A DNA stretch of 64,000 nucleotides from Clostridia bacterium (lineage in GTDB: Bacteria; Bacillota; Clostridia; Oscillospirales; CAG-272): positions 28,941-92,940 of the forward strand of contig JAFTRA010000019.1 of assembly GCA_017462485.1 (NCBI GenBank). The letters are read 5' to 3'. Below the pieces are notes generated by a model, which saw only the letters and a program-made list of their open reading frames with translations, did not search any database and had not been told where the DNA came from. Position 1 is the first letter of the stretch. Each line of letters begins with the position of its first letter. Positions 42,239 through 52,721 of the stretch are shown here, piece after piece. Made by a program: the position numbers and the translations under genes.

Positions 42239-43438
42239 ATGTCACTTTCTGAAAAACTTTTAAAAGAGGGCGAGGGTGTATTGAGACTTGCACCCGTTTG
42301 GGTACCCCGTTCGTTCTGCATTCCGGGAAAAAGAATAAAGCTTCACCCCGACGATTACTACGTTTTAGGACTTGAAAGGGGCGGTATTGACGAGCGTTGG
42401 TTTGCTTCTACCACTCACGCCGATAACGGTCCCGACACTCCCGCTGACGAGGGAATGAGCTACGTGGTTTCGGCTGATGGAAGGGAAAGGGTTCTTCTTG
42501 CCGATATGATTTCCGAGCTTGGAGAAAAAATCGTAGGAAAGCGCCTTTTTGAAAAATACGGAAAATGGCCTATGTTCTCGAAATTTTTTGACAATAAAGG
42601 ACCGCTGCCGCATCACATACATCACAGAGATGAGCACGCAAAGAGAGTGGGAGAAGCAGGTAAGCCTGAAATGTACTTTTTCCCATCTCAAGTGAATAAT
42701 CACGGCGGAACTTTCCCGTTCACTTTCTTCGGATTAAACCCCGAAACTAAAAAAGAAGAAGTCAAAAAATGCCTAGAAAACTTTACAAAAGGCGACAATA
42801 AACTCCTCGATTTGTCCAGAGCTTATAAGATTACGCTTGATACCGGATGGGACGTTCCTCCCGGAGTTCTTCACGCTCCCGCAAGCCTTTGCACCTACGA
42901 GCCGCAGTTTGCGAGCGACGTTTACGCTATGTATCAGTCGGTTCTTTACGGAGGAGAATGTGTTTCCGAGGACCTTCTCTGGAAAAACACACCCGAGGAA
43001 GAGGTTGGAAACTTCGACTATCTTATGGACGTTATCGACTGGGAAGCGAACGTTGACCCAAATTTCAAGGAAAAAAGATTTATGGCGCCCGTTGTTATTA
43101 GTTCTGATGAAAGCTATACAGAGGAATGGATATGCTATAAGTGTCCCGTTGCTTCCGCAAAGCGCTTGACGGTTAACCCCGGAGAGAGTGTAGTTATAAA
43201 GGACGAGGCAGCGTACGGAATGATTCTTCTCGAGGGTAGAGGTAAGATGGGTAAGTGGGATATAGAAACGCCTACTCTTATAAGATACGGCGAGCTTACG
43301 AGCGACGAGTTCTTCGTAACAGAGGATGCGGCACTTGCGGGTGTCAGAATAACCAATGAATCAAAGACCGAGCCGTTGGTTATGCTCAAGCACTTCTCTG
43401 AAAACCCCGAGCTTGACAGATTTATCGCCAAAAACTGA
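42239..43438 (+). CDS. cupin-type sugar isomerase-like protein (class I phosphomannose-isomerase-like)
   Basis: MFSKFFDNKGPLPHHIHH and PPGVLHAP...YEPQ resemble the PMI metal-binding segments (KxLD..LSxQxHP, GxxHA...E). Family assignment is tentative. Confidence 0.5.
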   Translation: MSLSEKLLKEGEGVLRLAPVWVPRSFCIPGKRIKLHPDDYYVLGLERGGIDERWFASTTHADNGPDTPADEGMSYVVSADGRERVLLADMISELGEKIVGKRLFEKYGKWPMFSKFFDNKGPLPHHIHHRDEHAKRVGEAGKPEMYFFPSQVNNHGGTFPFTFFGLNPETKKEEVKKCLENFTKGDNKLLDLSRAYKITLDTGWDVPPGVLHAPASLCTYEPQFASDVYAMYQSVLYGGECVSEDLLWKNTPEEEVGNFDYLMDVIDWEANVDPNFKEKRFMAPVVISSDESYTEEWICYKCPVASAKRLTVNPGESVVIKDEAAYGMILLEGRGKMGKWDIETPTLIRYGELTSDEFFVTEDAALAGVRITNESKTEPLVMLKHFSENPELDRFIAKN

Positions 43439-43452
43439 CACGGAGTGCTGTT

Positions 43453-45483
43453 ATGGAAAATAAATGGTATAAGAAAAGCTACAGAAGAAGCCTTGTAGAT
43501 ATGCATATTGAGGACTGCGACGAGTCCTTTTTATCGGAATTTTCACCCGAGAAATACGTGGAGTATCTTAAAGCGGCAAAAATGGATTCGGCTATGATAT
43601 ATCTTCAGTCGCACGTCGGTCTTTGCCACTATCCCACAAAGTCGGGAGTTGTTCATAAAAATCTTCGAGGAAGAGAAGACGTTATAAAAAAGACTATCGA
43701 CCTAATACATAAAAACGGAATGTTTGCCGTTGGATATTACAGTCTTATATATAACACCCGTGAGGAAGACAGACATCCCGAGTGGAGAATGATAGACGAT
43801 ACCAAAACCGGCACGTCCCCACACCAAAGGGGCGGCAGATACGGATTCCTATGCCCTAACAATATGGAGCACAGAGCATTTGTAAAGACTCAGCTTTCCG
43901 AGCTTGCTGAGTATTTTGATTTGGACGGTCTGTTCCTTGATATGACCTTCTGGCCCGCTATTTGCAAGTGCGAATGCTGCCGCGCCCGCTTTGAGAGCGA
44001 GACGGGATATGCTGAAATTCCCGATATGAATGATTTTGCATCCGAAGCGGCGCTCACCTTCAGAAAAATACGCTATAAGTGGATGACTGATTTTGCAACC
44101 GATATAACCGCACACGCGAGAGCCGTAATGCCGGGAGTTACCGTCAGCCACAATAACGCTTCGGCAGTTTCAAGAGACGGTAAGAGGGGAGTTGACGAAA
44201 CGATAGGAGACCTTTGCGACTACGTAACGGGGGACCTTTACGGAACGCTCCTCGGTCATTCATTCTCAATGAAATACTACCGTGCCGTGTCGAATAATCA
44301 GCCATACGAATATATGCTTACCCGTTTTTCGCAAAATCTCTCTCAACATACCCTGAGCAAAACCGCGAGAGCACTCACGCAGAGCGTGCTTCTTACCGCT
44401 GCTCACCACGGCGCGAACTTTGTTATTGACGCAATAGACCCCGTGGGAACGGTCAACCCGGAGGTTGCGAAGCTCATCGGCGAGGCTTACTCAAAGGAGA
44501 TGCTTTACGAAAAGTATCTTAATGTTGGAGAGTCCGTGTCCGACGTCGGACTCTGGTATTCCATAAGCGGAAGATTTTCGAAGAGGGAGCAGAAGCTTGA
44601 CAGCCTTACGGCTTCGACAAATCTCGGTGAAACGTTTGGCAAAAACCACATTCTCTATGACGTTGTAACAAACAAGACTGCGGAGAGTATGAAGAGATAT
44701 AAGGTTGTTTTTGCGCCCGCAATCGCGGGACTTGATAAGGAACATATAGAAGCCGCTAAAAATTACGTTAAGGGTGGCGGCGTGTTATGCTTCAGCGGTA
44801 CGGAAGAGACGGAGCTTATACGTGAATTCTTCGGATCCGAGTTGATTGGTATGACCGATAACAATAATACCTACGTAGCGCCTACTTCGCTTGGTGATGA
44901 CATTCTTTCACCGTTTACCAAAAAATATCCGTTGGCTCTTGCGGACAAAGCTCCGCTCGTTACGGCGCCGAGAGAAAACGTCAGAGTTCTCGCAACGTTG
45001 ACCCTTCCTTACCGGGACCCTGAAAATCCTGCGCGCTTTGCGTCAATTCACTCCAATCCGCCGGTTATAGCAACCGAGCATCCGATGATGATGGAAGCCG
45101 ACTACGGACTCGGTAAGGTTATGTGGCTTGGCGTGTCGTTCGACGGATATGAGGCAAGACAGCACAGAGAGGTTGCAATTAAGATTTTGAGACGCTATTT
45201 CGGAGAAGAGGAGCAGACTGTTACCTCGAACGCTCCCAAAATGGTAGAAATCGTAGCCTACAAGGCTGAGGATGAATGGCAGATAAGCCTTTGCAACGTC
45301 GGTGACGCTGACGATGGAAGAATTATTCTTCCGTTTGACGTGACGGTAAAGACCGAAAAAGAGCCGAAGGGCGTCTTCGTTCTCCCCGAAATGACTCCTG
45401 TCGATTTTACCTATAACGACGGAATGCTGACGTTCAAGACAAAAAACCTCGACTTGTTCGATATGTATAGCGTTAAGCTGTAA
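43453..45483 (+). CDS. putative glycoside hydrolase (GHL6-like TIM-barrel N-terminus)
   Basis: RRSLVDMHIED...FSPEKYVEYLKAAKMDSAMIYLQSHVGLCHYPTKSG matches my recollection of the GHL6 N-terminal pattern. No signal peptide. Confidence 0.5.
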   Translation: MENKWYKKSYRRSLVDMHIEDCDESFLSEFSPEKYVEYLKAAKMDSAMIYLQSHVGLCHYPTKSGVVHKNLRGREDVIKKTIDLIHKNGMFAVGYYSLIYNTREEDRHPEWRMIDDTKTGTSPHQRGGRYGFLCPNNMEHRAFVKTQLSELAEYFDLDGLFLDMTFWPAICKCECCRARFESETGYAEIPDMNDFASEAALTFRKIRYKWMTDFATDITAHARAVMPGVTVSHNNASAVSRDGKRGVDETIGDLCDYVTGDLYGTLLGHSFSMKYYRAVSNNQPYEYMLTRFSQNLSQHTLSKTARALTQSVLLTAAHHGANFVIDAIDPVGTVNPEVAKLIGEAYSKEMLYEKYLNVGESVSDVGLWYSISGRFSKREQKLDSLTASTNLGETFGKNHILYDVVTNKTAESMKRYKVVFAPAIAGLDKEHIEAAKNYVKGGGVLCFSGTEETELIREFFGSELIGMTDNNNTYVAPTSLGDDILSPFTKKYPLALADKAPLVTAPRENVRVLATLTLPYRDPENPARFASIHSNPPVIATEHPMMMEADYGLGKVMWLGVSFDGYEARQHREVAIKILRRYFGEEEQTVTSNAPKMVEIVAYKAEDEWQISLCNVGDADDGRIILPFDVTVKTEKEPKGVFVLPEMTPVDFTYNDGMLTFKTKNLDLFDMYSVKL

Positions 45484-45489
45484 AAAATA

Positions 45490-45525
45490 AAACAGACCGA
45501 ATGCGAAAGCAATCTCGGTCTGTTT
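45490..45525. terminator. bidirectional rho-independent terminator
   Basis: AAACAGACCGA, loop, TCGGTCTGTTT, followed by TTTTT. Confidence 0.8.
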
Positions 45526-45558
45526 TTTTTGCTTGTATGAAAATAATTATTTACAATT

Positions 45559-46950
45559 TTAGTCTAAAAGACTTCTGAAATTCTTGATTCCGTGGAACGT
45601 TGAATAGTTTGCGTCGTGAAAATTGTGGGCGTTGTTGATTGCTGTTCTGCAAAGGAAAATTATATCGTCGTTCTCAATTATAAAATCAACGTACTGGAAG
45701 CCAACTTCATTCACACCCGCATCTCTTCTGTCAAGAACGTCGAGAAGCACGCTCCAATTTTCAAGGTCGCTCGAAACCATAAGAGAGAGGAGCCTGCGGT
45801 CGTAGTTATTGTTCACGTCTGTTATTCTCGACGCAAGCGTATAGTATCTCTTTGATACGGGGTCGTACTGTATGGTAAACTTCGAGTGATTGGCAGGGAA
45901 CTTAATTGCGTGAGAGTATTTTAGCTTTGCGCCCGGATTTTCCTTGTCAACCTCGTATGCGAGAGCAAGACCGTATTTTTCGAGGGTTTTAGTCATATCG
46001 TAACGCATTATATTGAAAAGCTTGCCGTCAGGACTTACCGCAAGAGTGCCTTCGATATTTCCGCTCGACTCACCGTGAGCTGTGCCGGGCCAGGTCGGGT
46101 CGTATTTTACGGGCTCGGAAAATTCCCAGCTTTCAGGATTTAAAAGGTCGTCATTCTCGTCTGCCGACATTACCATAGGAGCGTGATAGCCCACGCCCCA
46201 AGAGCCCCACTCGAGTGTGTTGTAAATTCTTCCGTTATGGCGGACTATGTTTTGAGGATTTTTATGAACGCCGACGCCCTTTGCCTTTCCTCCCGAGCCT
46301 CGAAGAAGAGATATGGGAGCCGAGAAGGTTTTTCCGCCGTCGGAAGATTTTCCAATGAGTAAATCACCGTACTCGGTAGAGCAAGCGAGCATATAAACGT
46401 CACCCTTGTGGATAAACATTTTGCCCCAGAAGCAAGGCATAAGCTCGGATACGTAATGCCAGCTCTCACCGTCGTCGTCCGAACGAAAAATGAGCGTGAG
46501 ATTTTGCGGAGCTTCACCGCGGAACAAGTCCATAGACGCAAGCAAAAAGCCGTCGGGGTGGCGAACCAGAGACGGTGAGCAGAGATATCTGCCCGAAAAA
46601 GAATATGCCTCGTCGTCAGGGTGAAGATAGTTTACCACGGTGCCGACGGGCGTACCCGTGCGAGCTAAACGCACTCTGCTTTTGCCTATCTCCGCTGAAA
46701 CGTAGAACTCATAGTCGGTATCGGATAGGAGTCCTGTAATATTGTATTCGTTGGAACGGGTGCTTCCCGAGAGAAGAAAATCCGAGTCGCCTCTCTTTTT
46801 GTAATAAACCGAATATTCACCAAAGCCTTCACTAAGCCATTCAAAGTGAACGGAGTTATCGCTTGGCGCTATGCGTGATATGTAAATATCTCCAACCTCA
46901 AAGAAAAACGGGCGGTAAGGAGAATAGCTCCATTTGCTGTAACCTTTCAT
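45559..46950 (-). CDS. BNR/Asp-box repeat (sialidase-like) protein with FN3-like N-terminal domain, no signal peptide
   Basis: Asp-box motifs RSDDDGESW and KSSDGGKTF. N-terminus has an FN3-like VHFEWL...YSVYYK...DTDYEFYV. Confidence 0.7.
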   Translation of the reverse strand: MKGYSKWSYSPYRPFFFEVGDIYISRIAPSDNSVHFEWLSEGFGEYSVYYKKRGDSDFLLSGSTRSNEYNITGLLSDTDYEFYVSAEIGKSRVRLARTGTPVGTVVNYLHPDDEAYSFSGRYLCSPSLVRHPDGFLLASMDLFRGEAPQNLTLIFRSDDDGESWHYVSELMPCFWGKMFIHKGDVYMLACSTEYGDLLIGKSSDGGKTFSAPISLLRGSGGKAKGVGVHKNPQNIVRHNGRIYNTLEWGSWGVGYHAPMVMSADENDDLLNPESWEFSEPVKYDPTWPGTAHGESSGNIEGTLAVSPDGKLFNIMRYDMTKTLEKYGLALAYEVDKENPGAKLKYSHAIKFPANHSKFTIQYDPVSKRYYTLASRITDVNNNYDRRLLSLMVSSDLENWSVLLDVLDRRDAGVNEVGFQYVDFIIENDDIIFLCRTAINNAHNFHDANYSTFHGIKNFRSLLD

Positions 46951-46996
46951 ATTTTACCTCGTTTAGTCAAGTTTTGTTTACAAAAAAGACTTAAAA

Positions 46997-47920
46997 TCAA
47001 ATTATCGCCTCGATAGAGTCTGTTAAGAGCTTCATTTGTTTTATGGAAGATTTGTCATAGTCGTTAAGAGCTCTGCAGGCGCGATTCCTTGTTATAAGAT
47101 TTGTTTCGATGCCCGAGAGCGTCATATGATATTTAGCCGAGAGAGGATAGGGAATCTGCCCCTCGGTATAACCGAGAAGACCAAGCACGGCTTGAAGCTT
47201 TTTGGCTTTTTCGGGTTCGGTTTTATAAATTTTCGAAAGATGAGCGTAAAGCTTTGGGTGGTAGTTACACATAATGCCGCAGTATCCGTCGGCTCCGCAT
47301 TCCATACTTTCAAGAAGAGTCTGGCAGTTTGCGTTGAGCAGCTTGAATTCAGAGCCGCGAAGAATACGGGTTCTTTCCTTTATAACTGATACGTCGCAGC
47401 ATGTGTCCTTCATATAGAAAAATCTTCCACTCGCTTTACAGAACTCGAGTATTTTAGGCGTAACCAAACGCTTATACGGATAAGGGCATTCGTAAAATCC
47501 TAGCTTTGCTTCTTTCGGCAGGAGCGATAGCAGATTTTTAAGATTTTCAAGGAAAACGTCGTCGCCAAGATTTTCGGGGTCGAGACGGTTCGTTATGAGA
47601 ATAAGAGCATCTGTGCCGGACGTGTAAATTTCATTGAGCTCTTTCGCTTGCTCCTGGGTCGTGTCAGAAACGTGACCGGAGGAAACAACGGTGAATTTGC
47701 GCTCACCGAGCGCCTCAAGCTCCTTCGCCTTTTTATAAACGCGGCGGTTAAGCTCTACTCGCTCCTCAAGAGATAAAAAGAATATTTCACTCGATTGGCA
47801 AGCCGAAAAAATACCGTCGATTCCCGAATTGTAGTAAAACTCAACGTATTTTTCGGCGGTTTCAAAATCCACCGAGCCGTCCTTTTTATAAGGCGTTATC
47901 ATTGTGGTCATCATTTCCAT
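46997..47920 (-). CDS. DapA/NanA-family pyruvate-dependent aldolase/lyase
   Basis: ITPYKKDGSVDFETAEKYVEFYYNSGIDGIF..., ~300 aa, dihydrodipicolinate-synthase-family pattern. Confidence 0.8.
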   Translation of the reverse strand: MEMMTTMITPYKKDGSVDFETAEKYVEFYYNSGIDGIFSACQSSEIFFLSLEERVELNRRVYKKAKELEALGERKFTVVSSGHVSDTTQEQAKELNEIYTSGTDALILITNRLDPENLGDDVFLENLKNLLSLLPKEAKLGFYECPYPYKRLVTPKILEFCKASGRFFYMKDTCCDVSVIKERTRILRGSEFKLLNANCQTLLESMECGADGYCGIMCNYHPKLYAHLSKIYKTEPEKAKKLQAVLGLLGYTEGQIPYPLSAKYHMTLSGIETNLITRNRACRALNDYDKSSIKQMKLLTDSIEAII

Positions 47921-48076
47921 AAAAGCGCACTCCTGTTATCTTTATATCTATATTTTAATGTAATGCCGAAAAATAATCAATACGCAATTAAGACTTAATT
48001 TTATAAAATTCGGACATTTTATTGAAAACAAGATGCTTTAGTGTTAAAATAAAACAAAGCCTTTTTGGAGGGAAAA

Positions 48077-48928
48077 ATGAAAATCTTATATAAGCAAAGC
48101 GGCAAAAATGAGAGAGAAAACCTTTTAGCTTCGCACGGTATAGAGGATTGTTATTTAAAGAGAATAGTTTTTTCAAAGGATAATAGCAGTATTACAAAAA
48201 AGAGTCATAGTCACAGAGGCTATGAGATACATATAATTGAGGTAGGCTCGCAAAAATATGAAATAGGAGAGAAAATTTACGAGCTTTCGCGCGGGGACGT
48301 TCTTTTGATACCCCCGAGAGTGCCGCATAAGGTTGTTCATTCCTCGTCGGACGCGGTGAAGTATTCATTTGCTCTTTCGATTTTAAAAAACAGCGGAAAG
48401 TCTTTTGACGAAGCCGACCCGACGGTTGAAATCATCAGAGTGGGCGAGGATATGATAGAATCCCTTGAGTCTGTTTATAGGGAGTATAATTTAAAGAAAG
48501 AGTTGTCTTTAGTCTTAATTGAAAACCGAGTTTTTGAAATTCTTGTTTCCATCTTTCGCAGAGTGGGATTTGAGGAGAGGGCGGCGTGCGGGACCTCGCA
48601 CGAGGAGAACGCAAAGCTCGAACTCGCAAAGGGATATATAAACGATAATATAGATGAAAGAATTTCCGTCGGGGACGTTGCCTCTTATTGCTACCTTGGG
48701 GAAAAGCAGCTCGGCCGTCTTTTTTTGAGATACGAGGGGGTGACTGTCGCCGCGTATATAAGAAACAGAAAAACAGAGCGTGTGGAAAAGCTTCTTTCCG
48801 ATGAAAGCCTCTCGCTTAAGCAAGTAGCGGAGATGATGAGCTTTAACAATGAATACTACTTTAACGCATACTTCAAAAAGTATTACGGAATGCCTCCCGG
48901 AGAATTCCGAAAGACATTGAAGCAATAA
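48077..48928 (+). CDS. AraC-family transcriptional regulator (cupin + HTH)
   Basis: N-terminal cupin (HSHRGYEIHII...GDVLLIPP) and C-terminal AraC HTH (YFNAYFKKYYGMPPGEFR). ATG 48077 follows GGAGGG. Confidence 0.85.
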   Translation: MKILYKQSGKNERENLLASHGIEDCYLKRIVFSKDNSSITKKSHSHRGYEIHIIEVGSQKYEIGEKIYELSRGDVLLIPPRVPHKVVHSSSDAVKYSFALSILKNSGKSFDEADPTVEIIRVGEDMIESLESVYREYNLKKELSLVLIENRVFEILVSIFRRVGFEERAACGTSHEENAKLELAKGYINDNIDERISVGDVASYCYLGEKQLGRLFLRYEGVTVAAYIRNRKTERVEKLLSDESLSLKQVAEMMSFNNEYYFNAYFKKYYGMPPGEFRKTLKQ

Positions 48929-48939
48929 ATAAAAAAACG

Positions 48940-48974
48940 AAAACCTATCCTGTGAAAAAAACAAGATAGGTTTT
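48940..48974. terminator. bidirectional rho-independent terminator
   Basis: AAAACCTATC, loop, GATAGGTTTT. Flanked by an A-run and a T-run between convergent genes. Confidence 0.7.
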
Positions 48975-49012
48975 TATTATATCAAAAAGGTTTTTACAAA
49001 AGCTCGTTTTTA

Positions 49013-49915
49013 TTAAAGCTCGGAATAAATCCTTTCCGCAGTGGATGCTATGAATTTTATTTCTTCTTCCTTTGCGGTATCGAGACGTTTTTTTGAGGGG
49101 AGTCCCCACACGTCGAAGACTCTCGGACCTATCCACTCGTATTTTTCGGTAGAGCCAAAGACTCCCGAAAGAATAGAAAGCGCAGCCTTTTCGGGCTTCA
49201 TAAAAATGAGCTTCATCGGGTGCTTTATTACCATAAAAATAAGCTTCGGATAATGTGAGGTTATACCCGTAAACGTAATGCCGGGATGAGTTACCGAAAT
49301 TTTTACGGAGGGGAAGTCTTCTGCAAGGGCGAAAGCCGAATACATTAAGTACCTTTTTGCGTTTCCGTAAACCCTTGAGGCTCTTTCCACGTCGCAAAAA
49401 TCTACCGATTCTGTGCGCGTCTTTGAGTAGTTATGCGCTATGCTGCCGACGATAACCACGCGACCGCCTACCGACTCGAGCCCCGGCAAAAGCTTTTTTA
49501 TCATATAGTAGGGCGAGACGAAGTTTATCTGATATACGTTATCATAGCCCGTAGAGCAGATTTTTCTCGGTATGCTGTACGCTCCCGCGTTGCTTATAAA
49601 GATATCAATTTTTTCGGAAAGCAGAAGTTTTGTAGCCGACTTCACAGACTCGATATCAGCCATATCCGCCGCGATGATTTTTACGGATATTTCCGGGAAC
49701 TCCGAGAGAAGCTCTTCCTTTTGAGACTCTGATAGCTTCGGGTTTCGGTTAACTAAAATGAGGGACGCCCCCAGGTGCGCCAGATATCTCGAAAGCTCCT
49801 TCCCAAGCCCGCCGGTGCTTCCTGTTATGGCGGCAACCTTTCCGTGCAAGGATTCCGTGTTGAGCTTGAGCCATTCTTTATATTTTTCGTAGGACTTTGT
49901 TTTGTTGTTTTTCAT
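49013..49915 (-). CDS. SDR-family oxidoreductase
   Basis: Rossmann motif ITGSTGGLGKEL and a later YGNAK (YxxxK). Confidence 0.85.
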   Translation of the reverse strand: MKNNKTKSYEKYKEWLKLNTESLHGKVAAITGSTGGLGKELSRYLAHLGASLILVNRNPKLSESQKEELLSEFPEISVKIIAADMADIESVKSATKLLLSEKIDIFISNAGAYSIPRKICSTGYDNVYQINFVSPYYMIKKLLPGLESVGGRVVIVGSIAHNYSKTRTESVDFCDVERASRVYGNAKRYLMYSAFALAEDFPSVKISVTHPGITFTGITSHYPKLIFMVIKHPMKLIFMKPEKAALSILSGVFGSTEKYEWIGPRVFDVWGLPSKKRLDTAKEEEIKFIASTAERIYSEL

Positions 49916-49951
49916 AATATATAAAAACTCCCGACACCTAAAAGAATTTTG

Positions 49952-50623
49952 TCAAATTTCGGTTTCCCAGCCGTCGAAGGCAACCTCTATGCCGTGCTCT
50001 TCCATGGATTTTTTGAGCTCATCGTGCGAGCCGTGTAAGGTTCTTGCCATATGGCTTATGGAAAAACGCTTTACGTGTTTCTCCAGTGATTTTTTCATTT
50101 CTATTATCATAGAGAGGCTGTTATGTTCGAAGACGCGGTAATCACCGGCAATGTCTCCGATGGTAGCGTCAAGAACGGCAAAGTCGATAGGCTCTTTCTT
50201 TATTGCCCCAACCTCCTCGTAAGTCAGCCAAGCACCGTCAAGACCGTAAAATATACGGCTCTCCCCGTCGGAGATTATGAAATGCACCGTGCCTTTTGCG
50301 GAGTGATTTGCGGGAAGCGCTATGACTGTGTAAGGACCAACGCTCTTTGTTTCTCCCGACTCAAAGGGAACGTATTCGGCACCCGGGAGCGCGGCAACTG
50401 TTTCTTCTCTGAAATGGTCTTTGTGCCTATGCGTGTTAATTATGTACTTGATATCGGAAGCATTTTTGCCAAAAGTGTCAAGAGCGTCAAAAACGTTCGG
50501 ACCCGGGTCTATAAGGAGACGGTCGTCTATAAGCGCTGACGAGTTACGTCTGAAGCCCTCCATATCTCTGTGTTCGCTGATTTTCCAATCGGCAGCGCCG
50601 GTTCCTAAAAATGTTATTTTCAT
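49952..50623 (-). CDS. MBL-fold metallo-hydrolase
   Basis: MKITFLGTGAADW...NTHRHKDH. Start set at the internal ATG 50623. Confidence 0.8.
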   Translation of the reverse strand: MKITFLGTGAADWKISEHRDMEGFRRNSSALIDDRLLIDPGPNVFDALDTFGKNASDIKYIINTHRHKDHFREETVAALPGAEYVPFESGETKSVGPYTVIALPANHSAKGTVHFIISDGESRIFYGLDGAWLTYEEVGAIKKEPIDFAVLDATIGDIAGDYRVFEHNSLSMIIEMKKSLEKHVKRFSISHMARTLHGSHDELKKSMEEHGIEVAFDGWETEI

Positions 50624-50687
50624 ATAAAAAACTCCTTGAATTAGTTTAAAATGCAAATGATTATTGTCAAAAACGCAAAATCAAAGG

Positions 50688-51515
50688 TCAAACGAATTCT
50701 TTTTGATATTTATACGGCGTTATTCCGAACTTTTTTCTGAAACGCATAATGAAGTAAGAGCAGTCGGAGAAGCCGCTGTTAAAGCAGGCGTTTTGCACCG
50801 ATTGACCCGTGCTGAGAAGCTTCTTTGCTTCGGAGAAGCGCTTTGACTCTATATAATCCGAGGGCGTCGTCTGGAAGTGATTTCGGAAACGGCGGCAAAG
50901 AGTGCTCTTTGAAATGTAAAACACGTCGCAAAGGAGTGTTACGGTGCAGGACGCTTCCGTGTAATGATTCGATATATATTCGACTATCTTCGAGAAGCTT
51001 TGGGGAAGACTCTCCGCTTCGGTCGTGCCGTGCTTTTCCGCAGACGTGATATCGAGTATCTCAAAGAAATTCTTGACAGCACCAAAAGGACTGCCACCCG
51101 ATATGCGACTCTTATAGAATCCGAAGCAGGCGTTAATTACCCTCTCCTTTTCTTCCTCGGGAAGAACGAGGAGCTTGTTTTTATCAAACTGCTTTTTTAG
51201 ATGTGCGGTAGCAAAAGGAATTTCCCGTATCCATATGCAGAAATGCTCGTGAACGCAGTCACTGTGGTATATACACCTATGTATTTCGTTAGGCGCTGAT
51301 ACGATTATATCACCACGGCTTATAGGATATATATTATCCTCGACGAGAAAGGATACGTCGCCACTCAGGTTGATATATATTTCGTAGAAGTCGTGTATAT
51401 GCTCTTCGTCGTGCGTAACGTCATCAACCTTGGTAAAACGTTTTTCATAGGTTATTTCGGTGTAAATTGAGTTGCCGTTTTCAATTAACGGCTTTAGAGT
51501 AGGTATATAGATCAT
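50688..51515 (-). CDS. AraC-family transcriptional regulator
   Basis: Cupin N-terminus plus C-terminal HTH (SDCSYFIMRFRKKFGITPYKY). Divergent from the 51674 operon. Confidence 0.85.
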   Translation of the reverse strand: MIYIPTLKPLIENGNSIYTEITYEKRFTKVDDVTHDEEHIHDFYEIYINLSGDVSFLVEDNIYPISRGDIIVSAPNEIHRCIYHSDCVHEHFCIWIREIPFATAHLKKQFDKNKLLVLPEEEKERVINACFGFYKSRISGGSPFGAVKNFFEILDITSAEKHGTTEAESLPQSFSKIVEYISNHYTEASCTVTLLCDVFYISKSTLCRRFRNHFQTTPSDYIESKRFSEAKKLLSTGQSVQNACFNSGFSDCSYFIMRFRKKFGITPYKYQKEFV

Positions 51516-51673
51516 TTTGTCCCTCTGACTGACACGAAAATCGTATTTATTGATAAAATCTTTATATTATTATGGTTTTTGTCGTGCTATAATTACTTTG
51601 GAAGAATTATAACATATAAATATAGAAATGTAAATAAGAAAAAAGAAAAAATATTAAAATGAGGAATTAAGAG

Positions 51674-52705
51674 ATGCTGGCATTGGTAAAGACACAGAAG
51701 GGCGAGGGCTTTTTCTCGCTTGAAGAAAGACCTATCCCAAAGTATGAAGAAGACGAGGTTCTCGTCAGGGTTGCCTTTGGCGGAATATGCGGAACTGACA
51801 TTCATATTCTCCACGATCAGTTTACGTATTACCCTCCGGTTATAGTCGGTCACGAGTTTTCGGGTATTGTAGAGGAGGTTGGAAATAAGGTAACTCTTTA
51901 CAAAAAAGGAGACGCAGTTGTAGGCGAGCCGCATAATAAGGCTTGCGGAAAATGCTATCTTTGCCGTAACGGACATATACAGAACTGTAATGACAAGCTT
52001 TCCATCGGCTGGGGAATAGACGGTTGCTTCACCTCTTACGTCGTTATGCCCGAAAAGCTGCTGCATAAAATACCCGAGGGGGTATCTTTGGAAGAAGCCG
52101 CTATGGCGGAGCCGTCGGCAATAGTAGCGCATCAGCTTCTCGAAAGAGCGCACGTCATGCCCGGAGATAACGTGGTTATTATGGGGGTTGGACCTATTGC
52201 TCTTCTCGCTGCGGAAATGTCACGTATTGCGGGAGCGGGAAAAATCATACTTTGTGGCTGCACGTCAGATAAGGACTATCGCTTAAAAATTGCTGATGAG
52301 CTGGCCTGCTACGATTTGTTTATAGACGTTCAAAAAGAGGATGCCGCGGCAATTATAATGAAGGAGACGGGAATCGGTGCGGACCTTGTTGTCGAGGCAT
52401 CGGGCGCGGCAAGCGCAATACGTACGGGCATAAGAGTTCTGAAGAAGCGCGGAAGAATGTGCGCCATCGGAATGACGGGCGCTCCGACGGTTGAGATTCC
52501 CTGGAACGAAGCGATGATGAAGGTGCTTGACGTTCAGTTCAATATGAGCTCAAGCTATAACGGCTGGAATATGGCGCTTTCACTTATGGCAAGCGGTAAG
52601 CTTAAGGTAGCTCCCATGATTGGAGTACGGCCTCTTGCGGAGTGGAAAAGGGCGTTTGAGGATCTTGAATCGGGTAAAGCTATGAAACTTTTACTTAAAA
52701 TTTAA
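51674..52705 (+). CDS. zinc-dependent medium-chain alcohol/polyol dehydrogenase
   Basis: GICGTDIHI, GHEFSG, a structural-zinc Cys cluster (CGKCYLCRNGHIQNC) and GVGPIAL. Confidence 0.88.
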   Translation: MLALVKTQKGEGFFSLEERPIPKYEEDEVLVRVAFGGICGTDIHILHDQFTYYPPVIVGHEFSGIVEEVGNKVTLYKKGDAVVGEPHNKACGKCYLCRNGHIQNCNDKLSIGWGIDGCFTSYVVMPEKLLHKIPEGVSLEEAAMAEPSAIVAHQLLERAHVMPGDNVVIMGVGPIALLAAEMSRIAGAGKIILCGCTSDKDYRLKIADELACYDLFIDVQKEDAAAIIMKETGIGADLVVEASGAASAIRTGIRVLKKRGRMCAIGMTGAPTVEIPWNEAMMKVLDVQFNMSSSYNGWNMALSLMASGKLKVAPMIGVRPLAEWKRAFEDLESGKAMKLLLKI

Positions 52706-52721
52706 TAAGGGAGATAATGAT

